Assembly (NCBI GenBank): GCA_965205015.1
Contig: OZ242029.1
Span: 4,992,001-5,056,000, forward strand
Direction: 5' to 3'
Source of the DNA: Candidatus Poribacteria bacterium
GTDB taxonomy: Bacteria > Poribacteria > WGA-4E > WGA-3G
Length of the DNA stretch: 64,000 nucleotides
In this document: positions 18,919-29,300 of the stretch, in pieces
Position numbering within the stretch: position 1 is the stretch's first letter
Layout: each line of letters starts with the position of its first letter
Notes under the pieces: model-generated
The model's input: the letters and a program-made list of their open reading frames with translations, nothing else
Databases searched by the model: none
What the model was told of the DNA's origin: nothing
Translations under genes and position numbers: made by a program

Positions 18919-19785
18919 ATGCAAGAAAAATTTACCTTCTTCGGAAAAATGACTCAAAAACCGCAAACAGATCCATTTTTTTCCTTCGCGAATCTTGATA
19001 GTAACGAAGTTGAACTCGCAACAGGTGCCCTGCTCATCGCGCAAAGCGAGTATCGCGAACTCAATATTGAGAATTACCTCTACCAACTTGACGAGATGGC
19101 GGCTGCGGTCCGGGAACGGATCCAAGCGGCAACGCTACCTGAGCAGCACATCACCGAATTGAATCGATATCTCTTTGAGGAAAAAGGCTTCACAGGAAAT
19201 ATCGATAATTATTACGCGCTCGGTAACAACTTCCTCAACTTTGTCCTTGATAAAAAGACAGGGATTCCAATCACGTTAGGTGTTGTCTACATCGAAGTTG
19301 GTAGACGCGCTGGGTTACCACTCGTCGGTGTAAATTTTCCAGGGCATTTCCTTGTCAGATACCAACGCGAACATTTAGACATCCTGCTTGATGTATTTGA
19401 AAACGGATCCTTTATGTGCGAAGACGCACTTCGGGCAAAACTCCAAGAAACCCACGGTGACTCGGTACCGCTGGAATCGAGTATGTTGACTGAAGCCACA
19501 GATAAAGAGATCCTTGCCCGCATTTTGCGGAATCTGACGCGCGCCTACACGCTCCTTGAAAACTACGATAAAGCCCTTACAGCCGCTGAACGCATTACGT
19601 GGTTGTTACCAAACACCGCCCCGGACTACCGCCTGCTCGGTTACCTACACTACAAAAATCATGCGTACAGCAAAGGTATCGCCGCCTTCGAGACATATCT
19701 CCGCCTCGCAGACGCTCCGCCCGATGCCACGGCAGTCGAGCGAAACATACAGCACCTCCAAAAGCTACTCTCGCGTCTGAATTAA
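18919..19785 (+). CDS. SirB1/YchA family transglutaminase-like protein with TPR
   Basis: GFTGN..NYY, KTGIPITL, GVNFPGHFL, ILARILRNL, C-terminal TPR. Confidence 0.85.
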   Translation: MQEKFTFFGKMTQKPQTDPFFSFANLDSNEVELATGALLIAQSEYRELNIENYLYQLDEMAAAVRERIQAATLPEQHITELNRYLFEEKGFTGNIDNYYALGNNFLNFVLDKKTGIPITLGVVYIEVGRRAGLPLVGVNFPGHFLVRYQREHLDILLDVFENGSFMCEDALRAKLQETHGDSVPLESSMLTEATDKEILARILRNLTRAYTLLENYDKALTAAERITWLLPNTAPDYRLLGYLHYKNHAYSKGIAAFETYLRLADAPPDATAVERNIQHLQKLLSRLN

Positions 19786-20008
19786 GATTAACGCAACATC
19801 CCCACGCTTACCCAAGCAAAAGACATGACATTTTCTCGCGGACGTGATATACTGAGTTTGAACGTCCTGTTAGCGGATGCACACGTGCAGCGGATTTCCG
19901 TTTTCACGTTCGTGCCGGTCCGCATAAGGGTTAATGGCAAATATTACATCTGAATTTCAGCGGTTTCTGGAAAAATCTCAGCCCAAATTAACAATGGAGG
20001 AGATAAAC

Positions 20009-20791
20009 ATGAATTATCTGGAACGCTATTGCACTTGGGTATGTACTGTCCTGATCCTGCTCAATCTATCATTGACAGCGTTGGGACAGGCAGAAAAGGC
20101 GGAAACTCTTGTTGGACACTGGACATTTGAGAAAGGGGTCGAACAGGAAGATCTTACGGGTAACTTTGCTGATATTAAGCTCATGGGTGCTACAATCGAG
20201 GACGGTCAATTGAATGTGGATATTGGCAAGTGGGCAATCGCCAGTGGATATAATGGACCGGATATCGGAGAAAAGACGTTGGTGTCGTGGGCAATCATGG
20301 ATAATCTTGATGTCCAGAAAGGCTCAATACTCACCATCGACCGTCTCTCCGATCCGACATTCGACGCGATCGTCTTTGGGGAACGTCAGCCTCATCGTTG
20401 GATGGCAGGTAGCGGTTGGTTTCACCGCACCCAAGACCCGAAACCTGGGTTCGAGGAAAAGAAAACGGGAGAGCTGATTATGATGGCGATCTCGTACGAA
20501 GATGACGGTGGCACGGCGCGGGTACAGATATACCGGAACGGAGACAAAATTGGCGACTATACATTCGGTCAATTCGTGACCTTTGAGAACAACGATGCCG
20601 AGGCAATCTGGGGGAAGCGCCACGGAGGTTTGGGTGGAGGTCCGGGAGATCTCGACGCGCATATTGAGGATTCACGCATCTACGCTTCCGCTCTCAGTGA
20701 GGCAGAGATCAAAAACTTGCTGCCTGATACGCTTGATGTGGAAGCGCACGGTAAAATCGCGACGACCTGGGCAAGACTGAAAACAGAGTAA
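20009..20791 (+). CDS. secreted LamG-like jellyroll protein
   Basis: GGAGGAG RBS; signal peptide; LVGHWTFE...IEDSRIYASALSEAEI; C-terminal KIATTWARLK. Confidence 0.75.
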   Translation: MNYLERYCTWVCTVLILLNLSLTALGQAEKAETLVGHWTFEKGVEQEDLTGNFADIKLMGATIEDGQLNVDIGKWAIASGYNGPDIGEKTLVSWAIMDNLDVQKGSILTIDRLSDPTFDAIVFGERQPHRWMAGSGWFHRTQDPKPGFEEKKTGELIMMAISYEDDGGTARVQIYRNGDKIGDYTFGQFVTFENNDAEAIWGKRHGGLGGGPGDLDAHIEDSRIYASALSEAEIKNLLPDTLDVEAHGKIATTWARLKTE

Positions 20792-20816
20792 CATTTGAAC
20801 ATGAGTTGTATGAGAT

Positions 20817-20847
20817 GTCCCGGAGGGTTTTGAAACCCTTCGGGACT
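20817..20847. repeat. intergenic hairpin, possible terminator
   Basis: GTCCCGGAGGGTTT / AAACCCTTCGGGAC inverted repeat. Confidence 0.5.
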
Positions 20848-20906
20848 TCCACAAGAGAAAACTAATATTGTTTTTATACCTGTAAAGAAAAATCGAAACG
20901 CAAAGC

Positions 20907-21596
20907 ATGAAAATTTTAGGTATTGACACCTCAACCCCTATCGGAAGCATCGCCTTAATAGATGGCGATAATTTAGTCGCGGAGCATACGCTCAATATTG
21001 TCCAAGCGCACTCCTCCAGACTCATGCCTGCAATTGATAGTGTCTTGAAATGGGGCAACATCACAGTAGATGCTCTGGGCGGATGCGCTGTCGGCATCGG
21101 ACCCGGATCGTTCACCGGTATCCGCATCGGTGTCGCGACGATCAAATCCGTCTGTTATGCCCTTGATAAACCGATTGTTGCCGTCTCGACCCTGGAGGCG
21201 ATTGCGTATAATCTCCGATCGACAAACGGTGTCATCTGCCCACTTCTCGATGCCCGACGGAGTGAAATTTATGGCACTGCCTTCCACGGTGGTACCGAAT
21301 GGCAACGCCTCAGCGAAGACCTCTGTTTACCTATTGATGCGTTCCTGGATCGACTTGGTGAAGTGACGGCACAACGGCGTGTGCCTACTACTTTTAATTT
21401 TGTTGGAGATGGACTCCTGACATACGGGAAGGCTGTCCGAGAAAGACTCGGTGAGCGCGCACACTTCGCCGATCCCATTTTCAACGTTCCACGGGGAGCA
21501 ACGATTGCACACCTTGGGGCACAACGGCTGCAGCACGGAGAGCGCGATAGTTATTGGACCTTAGTGCCGAACTACGTTAGAGTTGGATTATATTAA
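20907..21596 (+). CDS. tsaB: tRNA t6A biosynthesis protein TsaB
   Basis: ILGIDTST, HSSRL, GPGSFTGIRIG, DARRSEIY, LVPNYVR. Confidence 0.93.
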   Translation: MKILGIDTSTPIGSIALIDGDNLVAEHTLNIVQAHSSRLMPAIDSVLKWGNITVDALGGCAVGIGPGSFTGIRIGVATIKSVCYALDKPIVAVSTLEAIAYNLRSTNGVICPLLDARRSEIYGTAFHGGTEWQRLSEDLCLPIDAFLDRLGEVTAQRRVPTTFNFVGDGLLTYGKAVRERLGERAHFADPIFNVPRGATIAHLGAQRLQHGERDSYWTLVPNYVRVGLY

Positions 21597-21655
21597 CGCA
21601 AGTTGCCATCTATATAAAATTCCTGACAACCGGAAGGGGGAAGTGCCGCAGTTAG

Positions 21656-23086
21656 ATGAATCGCATCTTTAAAAACACGTCCTCCCTTTTTAGTGCACAC
21701 CTTATCGGCCGCCTCGGCTCACTCGTAATAACGATCTGGCTCATGCCGCGTTATTTTACTGAAAGTGAACTCGGCGGCTATTTTGTTGCGATCGCCCTCA
21801 CGAACCTTATCGCGATTCTCACGGAATTAGGACTCCAAAATCCACTTATCCGAGAGATGACGTTGCATCTGCAACAGACCCGTCACTATCTCGGTAACGC
21901 CCTCATCGTTCGCTGCATCCTCTCAATTATCGCATACGGCATCATGATTATCAGCGGTATCTATCTCTACCCCCCGATAATCGTAAAGATGATAGTGTTC
22001 CTTGGATTGGCAGAGATCGCAAATTCCTTAGCGCAATTGTATCGCTGCGTCTTTCGCGCACACGAGGAGATGAAATACGAGGCACTAACGGTAATAGCGG
22101 AGCGTGGGGCGTTTCTTGTCATCGGCGGTGGCGCGATTTTACGCGGCTATGGACTCATTCCCGTCTGTCAAGTGATGCTCGCGGCAAGCTGTATTAACCT
22201 GATTTTGAGCGTTGGACTCACCCGATTCCGCTTCACCGAACTCCGTTTCCGACCGAGTCAGGAGATCGTGAAAGTGTTGATGCAGCAGGCACTTCCGTTT
22301 GCGATTGGGAATCTTTTCAATCTGCTCTATTTTCGCGTTGATGCAATTATGCTGTCGAAATTAAGCGCAGAAGGGGTGGATGCAAACACATGGTACGGTT
22401 TGGCGTATACGATCGTTAACGCTTTTACGATTCTGCCGGGCGCGTTTATGATGGGGGCGATGTTTCCTGTCCTCTCCCGTGCGTGGGAACGCGAAAAAGG
22501 GAGATTTCCCGGGGCATACGCGTTCGGTATGCGGTGGATGGTGCTGAGCGGATTTCCGTTGGCGGTTGGACTTTCGACCCTATCTCCCGAAATTACGACG
22601 GTGTTGTTTCCGACCTACGCACCGAATGAAGTAGAAAAGGTGTCAAACGCGCTCCAATGGCTGAGTTGGGCGGGTGGACTCATCTTCATAACGACAGCGG
22701 TGCAGGCGGTGCTCCGGGCAACAGACAAACGCAGCGCTTTCTCCGTTCTCATGGGAACAACGGCACTCCTGAACATCTGTCTGAATCTATACTTAATCCC
22801 GCGTTTCAGTCATACTGGTGCGGCAATAGCGATGGTTATCAGTGAGGGATACCTACTTATCTTTGGAATCGGTTACATTTCAAGAAACATTGTCAAACTC
22901 CGAGCAACCCCTTTTATATTCCGCACGCTTTTGAAAGCAACTTTCCTTTCCGGTGTGATGGGTATCGGTTTAGTGGTGTTGAAGGGTTCTTTCTCCATTT
23001 GGGTGCTGATTCCGGTGGCAGTGCTGTTTTATGGTGGCGGGATGGCTCTTCTGGGCGAATTCCGAGAGAGACTTAGATTTGATTAG
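21656..23086 (+). CDS. Wzx-like polysaccharide flippase (MOP superfamily)
   Basis: RIFKNT start, ~12-14 TM helices, YFRVDAIML, LNLYLIPRF..TGAAIA. Confidence 0.85.
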   Translation: MNRIFKNTSSLFSAHLIGRLGSLVITIWLMPRYFTESELGGYFVAIALTNLIAILTELGLQNPLIREMTLHLQQTRHYLGNALIVRCILSIIAYGIMIISGIYLYPPIIVKMIVFLGLAEIANSLAQLYRCVFRAHEEMKYEALTVIAERGAFLVIGGGAILRGYGLIPVCQVMLAASCINLILSVGLTRFRFTELRFRPSQEIVKVLMQQALPFAIGNLFNLLYFRVDAIMLSKLSAEGVDANTWYGLAYTIVNAFTILPGAFMMGAMFPVLSRAWEREKGRFPGAYAFGMRWMVLSGFPLAVGLSTLSPEITTVLFPTYAPNEVEKVSNALQWLSWAGGLIFITTAVQAVLRATDKRSAFSVLMGTTALLNICLNLYLIPRFSHTGAAIAMVISEGYLLIFGIGYISRNIVKLRATPFIFRTLLKATFLSGVMGIGLVVLKGSFSIWVLIPVAVLFYGGGMALLGEFRERLRFD

Positions 23087-23217
23087 CAGTCCCTATTTCA
23101 CTATCATCACCCGTTGTGTTGCGGTGAAATCTCCCGCGACGAATTGTAAAAAGTAGATGCCACTCGAAACGGGTTCGCCTGCTTCATTCCGCCCATCCCA
23201 ATAGACGGCTTGCTCGC

Positions 23218-23286
23218 GTGTTCTGATATGCGGAGCAAGTCTCCATTTTCTATACCAGACCAACCTTTTTCCTGAAAGGGCACCAT
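23218..23286 (-). pseudogene. possible remnant of a DUF5615/VapC45-like PIN toxin gene
   Basis: Short stretch QEKGWSGIENGDLLRISE resembles the GWxGxxNGxLL motif; no intact flanking ORF. Confidence 0.35.
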
Positions 23287-23299
23287 GAAGAGATACCCA

Positions 23300-24571
23300 T
23301 TAAGGATACAACTCCTGCAGCACCTCAAAATAATTAGGGAACGTTTTGCTGACACAGTCTGGATCGTTAATCCGAATCCCGTTTGCCTTTAAGCCGACGA
23401 GCGCAAACGCCATTGCCATGCGGTGGTCTTCGTAGGTATCAATCGCTGCAGGGGTAACAGATGAAGGCGAAATTTCGAGTCCGTCTCGGTTTTCAACGAC
23501 AGGCACGCCTAATTTTCGGAGTTCCGTCACCATTGCATGGATTCGGTCGGTTTCTTGCCAGCGCGTGTGTTCAATGTTTCGGATGGTTACTCTGCTATCG
23601 GCAAAGGGAGCAATCGCCGCGAGGGTTAGAGCAGTATCCGAAACCGCCCGCATATCCACATCGATCCCTTTCAATTGACGCGGACCCGTAACGGTAATGC
23701 CACCGTCAGAAACAGTGACCTGACACCCCATCTGTTCTAAAATACGTACGAACTGAACATCGCCTTGCCTGGAATCCAAAGACAGATATTGGACAGTGAC
23801 ACGTCCTCCTGTGATCGCGGCAGCAGCAAAGAAGTAGGAGGCGTTGGAAGCGTCGGGTTCAATATTATAGATACGCGGCTGATACCGTTGCCCACCTTCA
23901 ATCCGAAAATACTTATAGCCAGCACTGACGACCTGCACACCAAACGCCTCCATCACTGCAAGTGTGATGTCAATATAGGGCATTTCGCGATCGCCGATAA
24001 CCTCAATCTCTACGTCATTTTTAGCATAGGGTGCGATGAGTAGTAACGCCGTCAAGAACTGACTGCTCTTACTGACATCAAGTTGGGTCTTCCCACCCGC
24101 TAACCCGTCTGCTTCAACAATGACAGGAAGATGTCCATTGTCAAATTGCGAGCGTGCGGAAACGCCAATTTGTGTTAGGGCATCCAGTAAATCGGAGATA
24201 GGGCGGCCGTGTCGCATCGGTGCATCGCCATCAATGACGAACTTTCCACGCCCTAATGACACGTAGGCGGTCAGCGAACGTGAAGTGGTTCCTGAGTTCC
24301 CGATATAAAGTTCAGCACTCGAAACCGGAATATCGCCACCGTTTCCATGCACATTAAACGTCGTTCGCTTCTCATCAGCGTCAATCTCGACCCCGAGCTT
24401 CCGCAGCGCCGTGCACATATAGCGCGTATCATCGCTGAAGAGGGCACCGGTTATGGTTGAAGCCCCGCGTGCCAACGCGGCAACTAATAATGCCCGATTG
24501 GTATAACTTTTAGAACCGGGAACCGTTATGGTGGCATCAACGGGTTTGCGAATCGGCTGTATTTCCATCAT
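23300..24571 (-). CDS. aroA: 3-phosphoshikimate 1-carboxyvinyltransferase
   Basis: PGSKSYTNR, GNSGT, SSQFLTALL, EPDASNASY, ETDRI, DHRMAM, KTFP. Confidence 0.96.
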   Translation of the reverse strand: MMEIQPIRKPVDATITVPGSKSYTNRALLVAALARGASTITGALFSDDTRYMCTALRKLGVEIDADEKRTTFNVHGNGGDIPVSSAELYIGNSGTTSRSLTAYVSLGRGKFVIDGDAPMRHGRPISDLLDALTQIGVSARSQFDNGHLPVIVEADGLAGGKTQLDVSKSSQFLTALLLIAPYAKNDVEIEVIGDREMPYIDITLAVMEAFGVQVVSAGYKYFRIEGGQRYQPRIYNIEPDASNASYFFAAAAITGGRVTVQYLSLDSRQGDVQFVRILEQMGCQVTVSDGGITVTGPRQLKGIDVDMRAVSDTALTLAAIAPFADSRVTIRNIEHTRWQETDRIHAMVTELRKLGVPVVENRDGLEISPSSVTPAAIDTYEDHRMAMAFALVGLKANGIRINDPDCVSKTFPNYFEVLQELYP

Positions 24572-25467
24572 TTAGCAATCCCTGCGTCCGATAATAATTG
24601 TCGGAGTTCGTCCTTCGCAGCTTCGCTAACGGGCAGCAAGGGTCCCGTTGTATGGGCATTACAGACTCCCAAAATCTCCAGACACGCCTTCATGCCGCTC
24701 ACACCCTGTCCATAGGTATACATTTTGCCGAGCCGAAGTAACAATTTCTGTAACCGGTGGACTTCATCGATGTCGCGTGCCTTTGCGGCATTATAGAGCG
24801 CGACAGATTCTTTCGGAGCGACGTTTGAAATCGAGACGACACCCCCATCGGCACCAAACAGTACCGCAGCCCCGAGCGCAGTATGCGAACCGAGCATGAC
24901 AGAGAAATCCGTCCGATCCCCGAGTAAAGCCAAGAGATTGAGGCAGTTCGTCCAATCGCCCGAACTGTCCTTAATGCCAACAATATTCTCACACGTCTCC
25001 GCGAGCTGGGCAACGATATAGGGTTTAATCGCTGTCTTGACGGTTGAAGGGATGTTGTAAATGAAAACAGGGAGTTCCGTGCTTGCAGCAACATCATAAT
25101 AGAATTCAATCAGATCTGCATCGTCGGTAGAGGGGTAGTAGTAACCGGGTGTTGCAGCGACCGCATCAACGCCGAACTGTTCAGCAATTTTGATGTTTTG
25201 GATAACGCGCTGGGTGCTTGTGTCCATCACACCACAGATCATCGGCACCCGACCGCCGATCGCTTTGACAGCGATGTCCATCGCCCGTTCGCGCTCCGTA
25301 TTCGTCAACGTGGTAAATTCACCAGAAGTCCCCAATAGATAGATGCCGTGGATACCGTTGTCAATCAAACGATTGAGTTGATTAATAAACCCGAGTTCAT
25401 CAACGCGCTCTTTTTCATCAAGTGGCGTTATCGTGGGTGAAAAAATGCCTTCAAATCGGATATTCAT
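24568..25467 (-). CDS. DHDPS/NAL family class I aldolase (probably not DapA)
   Basis: GTSGE, YNIP, GIKDSS Schiff-base Lys; lacks the DapA YNVPxRT Arg. Confidence 0.8.
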   Translation of the reverse strand: MNIRFEGIFSPTITPLDEKERVDELGFINQLNRLIDNGIHGIYLLGTSGEFTTLTNTERERAMDIAVKAIGGRVPMICGVMDTSTQRVIQNIKIAEQFGVDAVAATPGYYYPSTDDADLIEFYYDVAASTELPVFIYNIPSTVKTAIKPYIVAQLAETCENIVGIKDSSGDWTNCLNLLALLGDRTDFSVMLGSHTALGAAVLFGADGGVVSISNVAPKESVALYNAAKARDIDEVHRLQKLLLRLGKMYTYGQGVSGMKACLEILGVCNAHTTGPLLPVSEAAKDELRQLLSDAGIAK

Positions 25468-25794
25468 GAATGCCTCCTATAGAGCGTAATTGCCGTCTTT
25501 CTCACGCATATGGCTTGCCAAGAATATAGTATCGAATTATGAATTTCAGTGTAGCAGATTCCGATTTAGTTGTCAAGATGATCCGAAAAACGACTCGGGC
25601 TATTTAGTCCTCGGATTTTTAGGGAGTTCGGTTGGAAAATCGCGACGACAAGAATAGTTTCTGTTTGCAAATTATGCCGAAAACGTGCTATGATACTGTC
25701 AAACCCAATCAGGTGACATACCCCGCAGCAACGGCATATCGCAAATGTTAAATAAGTAGAAGGTAGACCCGGCAGCGTCCTAAAAGGAATCACA

Positions 25795-27618
25795 ATGAAC
25801 ATCCGCGCCCAACTGACATTCAGGTACATCGGCATTGTGCTTTTAGTATTGCTCGCCATGTATTTCTATCTTGCTACGATGCTGAAAGACTCCATGAGCA
25901 ATCACATCACCAGCGAATTGGAAGTTCAGGCAGCATTAACCCGGGAATTCCTCATCGAAGAACTCCCTCCCCAGGATAACTTTACTTACGACCTCATAGA
26001 CCCGCTCGTCGATAGACTCGGAAAGGCGAATAACGCCCGTGTGACCTTCATCGACTTAGATGGTGTCGTTTGGGGTGACACAGAACGGGATGGACAGGCA
26101 CTCCGTGCAATGGACAACCACCTCACGCGTCCAGAGATCCAGGATGCCATCAAGAAGGGGAACGGGATTCGAGACCGCTATAGCAATACAACCCAGACAG
26201 GATTTCGTTATTTTGCTTTGCCAATACACCGCCCTGTAGGCACAGAAATCTCACCAGATGGAGAAGGCACTTTGATTGGTATCTGCCGCGTCGCGCTTCC
26301 GATGGCGGCCGTCAATACAGCGATTGATAATCTCCGGGGGATGGTTCTCATTGCGAGTGTGGCGGGATTAATTCTCGCAATCGTATTTAGTATCTTTAGC
26401 ACCGGTGTCATCACAAAACCGATTGAGAAATTAACTCAGGTGACACAATCGCTCGCTGCAGGCAACATAACCTCGCGCGTCCCTGTCGATTCCGGCAACG
26501 AACTCGGCCAACTTTCGCAGAACTTTAACCTCATGGCAGACAGGATACAGGAACAGATTGACGAGATATCCGAAGAACACCGGCGTTCGGCAACCATTTT
26601 GACAAACATGGGCGAAGGGGTCCTACTCGTGAACGGTGCGTCTGAAATTACCTACGCCAACCCAACAGCTATCTCTATGCTGGCGCTCCCCGATGTTTAT
26701 ATCGGCAAAGCCCTCATCGAAATCAATCGGATTCCAGAACTACAAGCACTCCTGAAAAAGGCAGAACAAACAGAAACCATCGCCTTCGCAGAAATCCAGC
26801 TGGGGAACCTGAGAGAGCCGGAGGCAGAGGTCACGGTTGTTCCGGTTTCCGCAGGTCAAGAATACGTCATCGTTATCCATGATGTCACAAAGGAACGGCA
26901 ATTAGAGCGGATTCGCGCTGACTTCGTGGCGAATGTCTCACACGAACTCCGAACGCCGCTCACAACGATCCGCGGTTACGCTGAAACCTTACTCAGTGAG
27001 AATTCCGTTCGGACAAAGACAGGCGAACAGTTTATCGTGAAAATTCTCAATCACTCCGCCCGACTGACAAGATTAGTCTCGGACCTGTTAGAACTCTCGC
27101 GGCTCGAGTTGGGTGAGGTAGAATTAAAATGCTCGCTCTGTCATCTCAATACTTTCTACGAACCAATTTTAGACGTGTTTGAACCCTTATTAGAGGAATC
27201 AGGATTGGTCTTAAAATGGGAGATTTCTGAAAAGTTCCCGGCGGTTAACATAGATCAACAACTTTTCATGCAGGTTTTTGTGAATTTGATTGACAACGCC
27301 ATCAAATACACGCCGGATGGCGGTACAATTACGGTTTCGGCAGAGATCTGCTCGAGTGAAATCATTGAAGATGCCGATACGACAGCGAAAGAAGTTATTG
27401 TGCATGTAAAAGATACGGGGATCGGCATCCCGATGGAATCTCAACTTCGCGTGTTTGAGCGGTTCTATCGTGTCGATGAAGGACGTGCCAGAGAGATGGG
27501 CGGCACCGGATTAGGTCTGGCGATTGCCAAACATATTGTCCTCAGTCACAACGGAAAAATATGGTTGGAAAGCACCCTTGGACAAGGTAGCATCTTTCAT
27601 GTCGCCCTGCCTCTATAA
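25795..27618 (+). CDS. sensor histidine kinase, PhoR-like (TM-HAMP-PAS-HisKA-HATPase)
   Basis: MDNHLTRPEI, DFVANVSHELRTPLT, NLIDNAIKY, DTGIGI, FERFYRVD, GGTGLGL. Confidence 0.9.
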   Translation: MNIRAQLTFRYIGIVLLVLLAMYFYLATMLKDSMSNHITSELEVQAALTREFLIEELPPQDNFTYDLIDPLVDRLGKANNARVTFIDLDGVVWGDTERDGQALRAMDNHLTRPEIQDAIKKGNGIRDRYSNTTQTGFRYFALPIHRPVGTEISPDGEGTLIGICRVALPMAAVNTAIDNLRGMVLIASVAGLILAIVFSIFSTGVITKPIEKLTQVTQSLAAGNITSRVPVDSGNELGQLSQNFNLMADRIQEQIDEISEEHRRSATILTNMGEGVLLVNGASEITYANPTAISMLALPDVYIGKALIEINRIPELQALLKKAEQTETIAFAEIQLGNLREPEAEVTVVPVSAGQEYVIVIHDVTKERQLERIRADFVANVSHELRTPLTTIRGYAETLLSENSVRTKTGEQFIVKILNHSARLTRLVSDLLELSRLELGEVELKCSLCHLNTFYEPILDVFEPLLEESGLVLKWEISEKFPAVNIDQQLFMQVFVNLIDNAIKYTPDGGTITVSAEICSSEIIEDADTTAKEVIVHVKDTGIGIPMESQLRVFERFYRVDEGRAREMGGTGLGLAIAKHIVLSHNGKIWLESTLGQGSIFHVALPL

Positions 27619-27641
27619 AGAGGTTCTGTTAACCAATACGG

Positions 27642-28319
27642 CTAAATTTTCCATGTCTCCTGCGTGTAAGCCATCTCCCAAAAAAGGTACTCATAACGAC
27701 TACTCAGCAAGAAGTCGTTTTTCATCCGTTCTTTGGCAGAGGTGTTATACGCCGCGGTGAGATCGTTGAGCAGACGCCGCAGTGACACACCCAACGATAG
27801 GAATTCAGGAGACGCGTACATCTCAATCCACTCCTGGTAGAGCGGTTCCGGTGATCCCCCTTGTTCAGCAAGTGTCGTGCCGATCTCGGCGTAACCCCAC
27901 TGACACGGTAGAACACTGGCAACGATATTTGCTAAAGTCCCGACTTGAGCGACATCAAGCAGATGCCGGGTATACGCATGTGTCGTAGGTGCCATGGGTG
28001 CGGTCTCCATCTCAGCGGCGGAGATACCAAATTTCGCACAATACCCTCGATGCAAATCCATCTCGGTGTTCAGTGTCTCGTTGAGCAGTGTCGCAAACAT
28101 CGCCATTGTGGTTTCATCATGTGCCTTGATAACACCGTGCGCAAATACACGGCTGTAGTCCAACAGGAAGAGGTAATCCTGAATGAGGTAAAACTTAAAT
28201 TTTTCTGTGGGGAGACTTCCATCAGCAAGCCCCCGAACGAATGGATGCTTGAGGTCGGCTTCCCAAATCGGTGCAGCAACGCGTCTAAGTTCGTCGGTAA
28301 ATCGTCCATTTTGTGTCAT
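27642..28319 (-). CDS. tenA: thiaminase II / TenA
   Basis: HPFV, YLIQDY, LPCQWGYAEIG (catalytic Cys), Y..WI..Y, EYLFWEMAY. Confidence 0.92.
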   Translation of the reverse strand: MTQNGRFTDELRRVAAPIWEADLKHPFVRGLADGSLPTEKFKFYLIQDYLFLLDYSRVFAHGVIKAHDETTMAMFATLLNETLNTEMDLHRGYCAKFGISAAEMETAPMAPTTHAYTRHLLDVAQVGTLANIVASVLPCQWGYAEIGTTLAEQGGSPEPLYQEWIEMYASPEFLSLGVSLRRLLNDLTAAYNTSAKERMKNDFLLSSRYEYLFWEMAYTQETWKI

Positions 28320-28394
28320 AATGTTGTTGAAACTCCTTAAAATATGCCATAATCTTTACTGTGTATCATCCCCTGACGAGCAAAGGATATCAAA

Positions 28395-29282
28395 ATGTTT
28401 GAAAAACTCGGAATCGTAACCAATATCTGGTCTGAAGAAATAGAAAACGGAGCGCGCTTCGATGAACTTATGGTAGAATTTGGCGCGAACGGATTTAAGG
28501 ATATGGAGGTCCGCGAAGGCGATTACCTGCGCACCTCCGAATTCGGGGAACTTATTGAACATCTCGAAGCCGCGATGCCTGAGTACACCGACACAGCATA
28601 CAAAACTATCTGTGACGCCGTATGGACAAAACACTCTCACGAAGCGAAGCATCCCACACTCTTTGCGGAGATTGCAGCGTTCGTTCAAAAAGCGTCTGGA
28701 CTCACCTTGAGTTATGCCATGTCCCATCCTTGGCTTTCATCGCCAAAAGACAGTGAAGCTGACACACAAGAGATTATTAGGGCGAAGAAGTTGGCATACT
28801 TACTCTGTCCAGCGCGCCCGCGGCTCCGACTCGTCGATCTCGACACGGAAGGGGACATTGACGCATCCGCAGCGATCGCCAATTTAAAGCATTATAATGC
28901 GCTTTTACCCGATTTTCCGATGATTTTTGCCGTGGAGAACGCCCGACAAACCGCTACATTGACCTTGAAGTTAGCCGTCGCGGGCGGTGCCAAACTGACT
29001 TACGACGAAACAAACACATACCGAGCAGACGGAACAACGGTGAACCCTCCTGACGAATTCTGGAGTGCTGTTAAAATGACGGATCTCACCTCGGTCCATT
29101 TCAAACAGAAAACGGAAGACGGTGTGCTCTCAGAAGTATGTGACGGCTTCGTCGACTTCCGGGCAATTGCTGAACGCTTGAAAACGCAAGACTATACCGG
29201 CGATCTGCTCCTTGAAAACACGCCGACTGCGCATTCTCTGCAAGATGCCCTACGGAGCCGAGAGTATCTGCTCAATTGCTAA
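28395..29282 (+). CDS. xylose-isomerase-like TIM barrel protein
   Basis: AVEN, TYD..N, VHFKQ, DGFVDF, LLLE metal-ligand pattern. Confidence 0.6.
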   Translation: MFEKLGIVTNIWSEEIENGARFDELMVEFGANGFKDMEVREGDYLRTSEFGELIEHLEAAMPEYTDTAYKTICDAVWTKHSHEAKHPTLFAEIAAFVQKASGLTLSYAMSHPWLSSPKDSEADTQEIIRAKKLAYLLCPARPRLRLVDLDTEGDIDASAAIANLKHYNALLPDFPMIFAVENARQTATLTLKLAVAGGAKLTYDETNTYRADGTTVNPPDEFWSAVKMTDLTSVHFKQKTEDGVLSEVCDGFVDFRAIAERLKTQDYTGDLLLENTPTAHSLQDALRSREYLLNC

Positions 29283-29300
29283 GTAAGACAGGTATTTTGC

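Noticed and set aside
24568-25467. Calling this gene dapA
   Set aside because: Lacks the DapA-specific Arg after YNxP; only family-level assignment is supported
28320-28394. TPP riboswitch upstream of tenA
   Set aside because: The gap is only ~75 bp and lacks the CTGAGA and related conserved TPP elements
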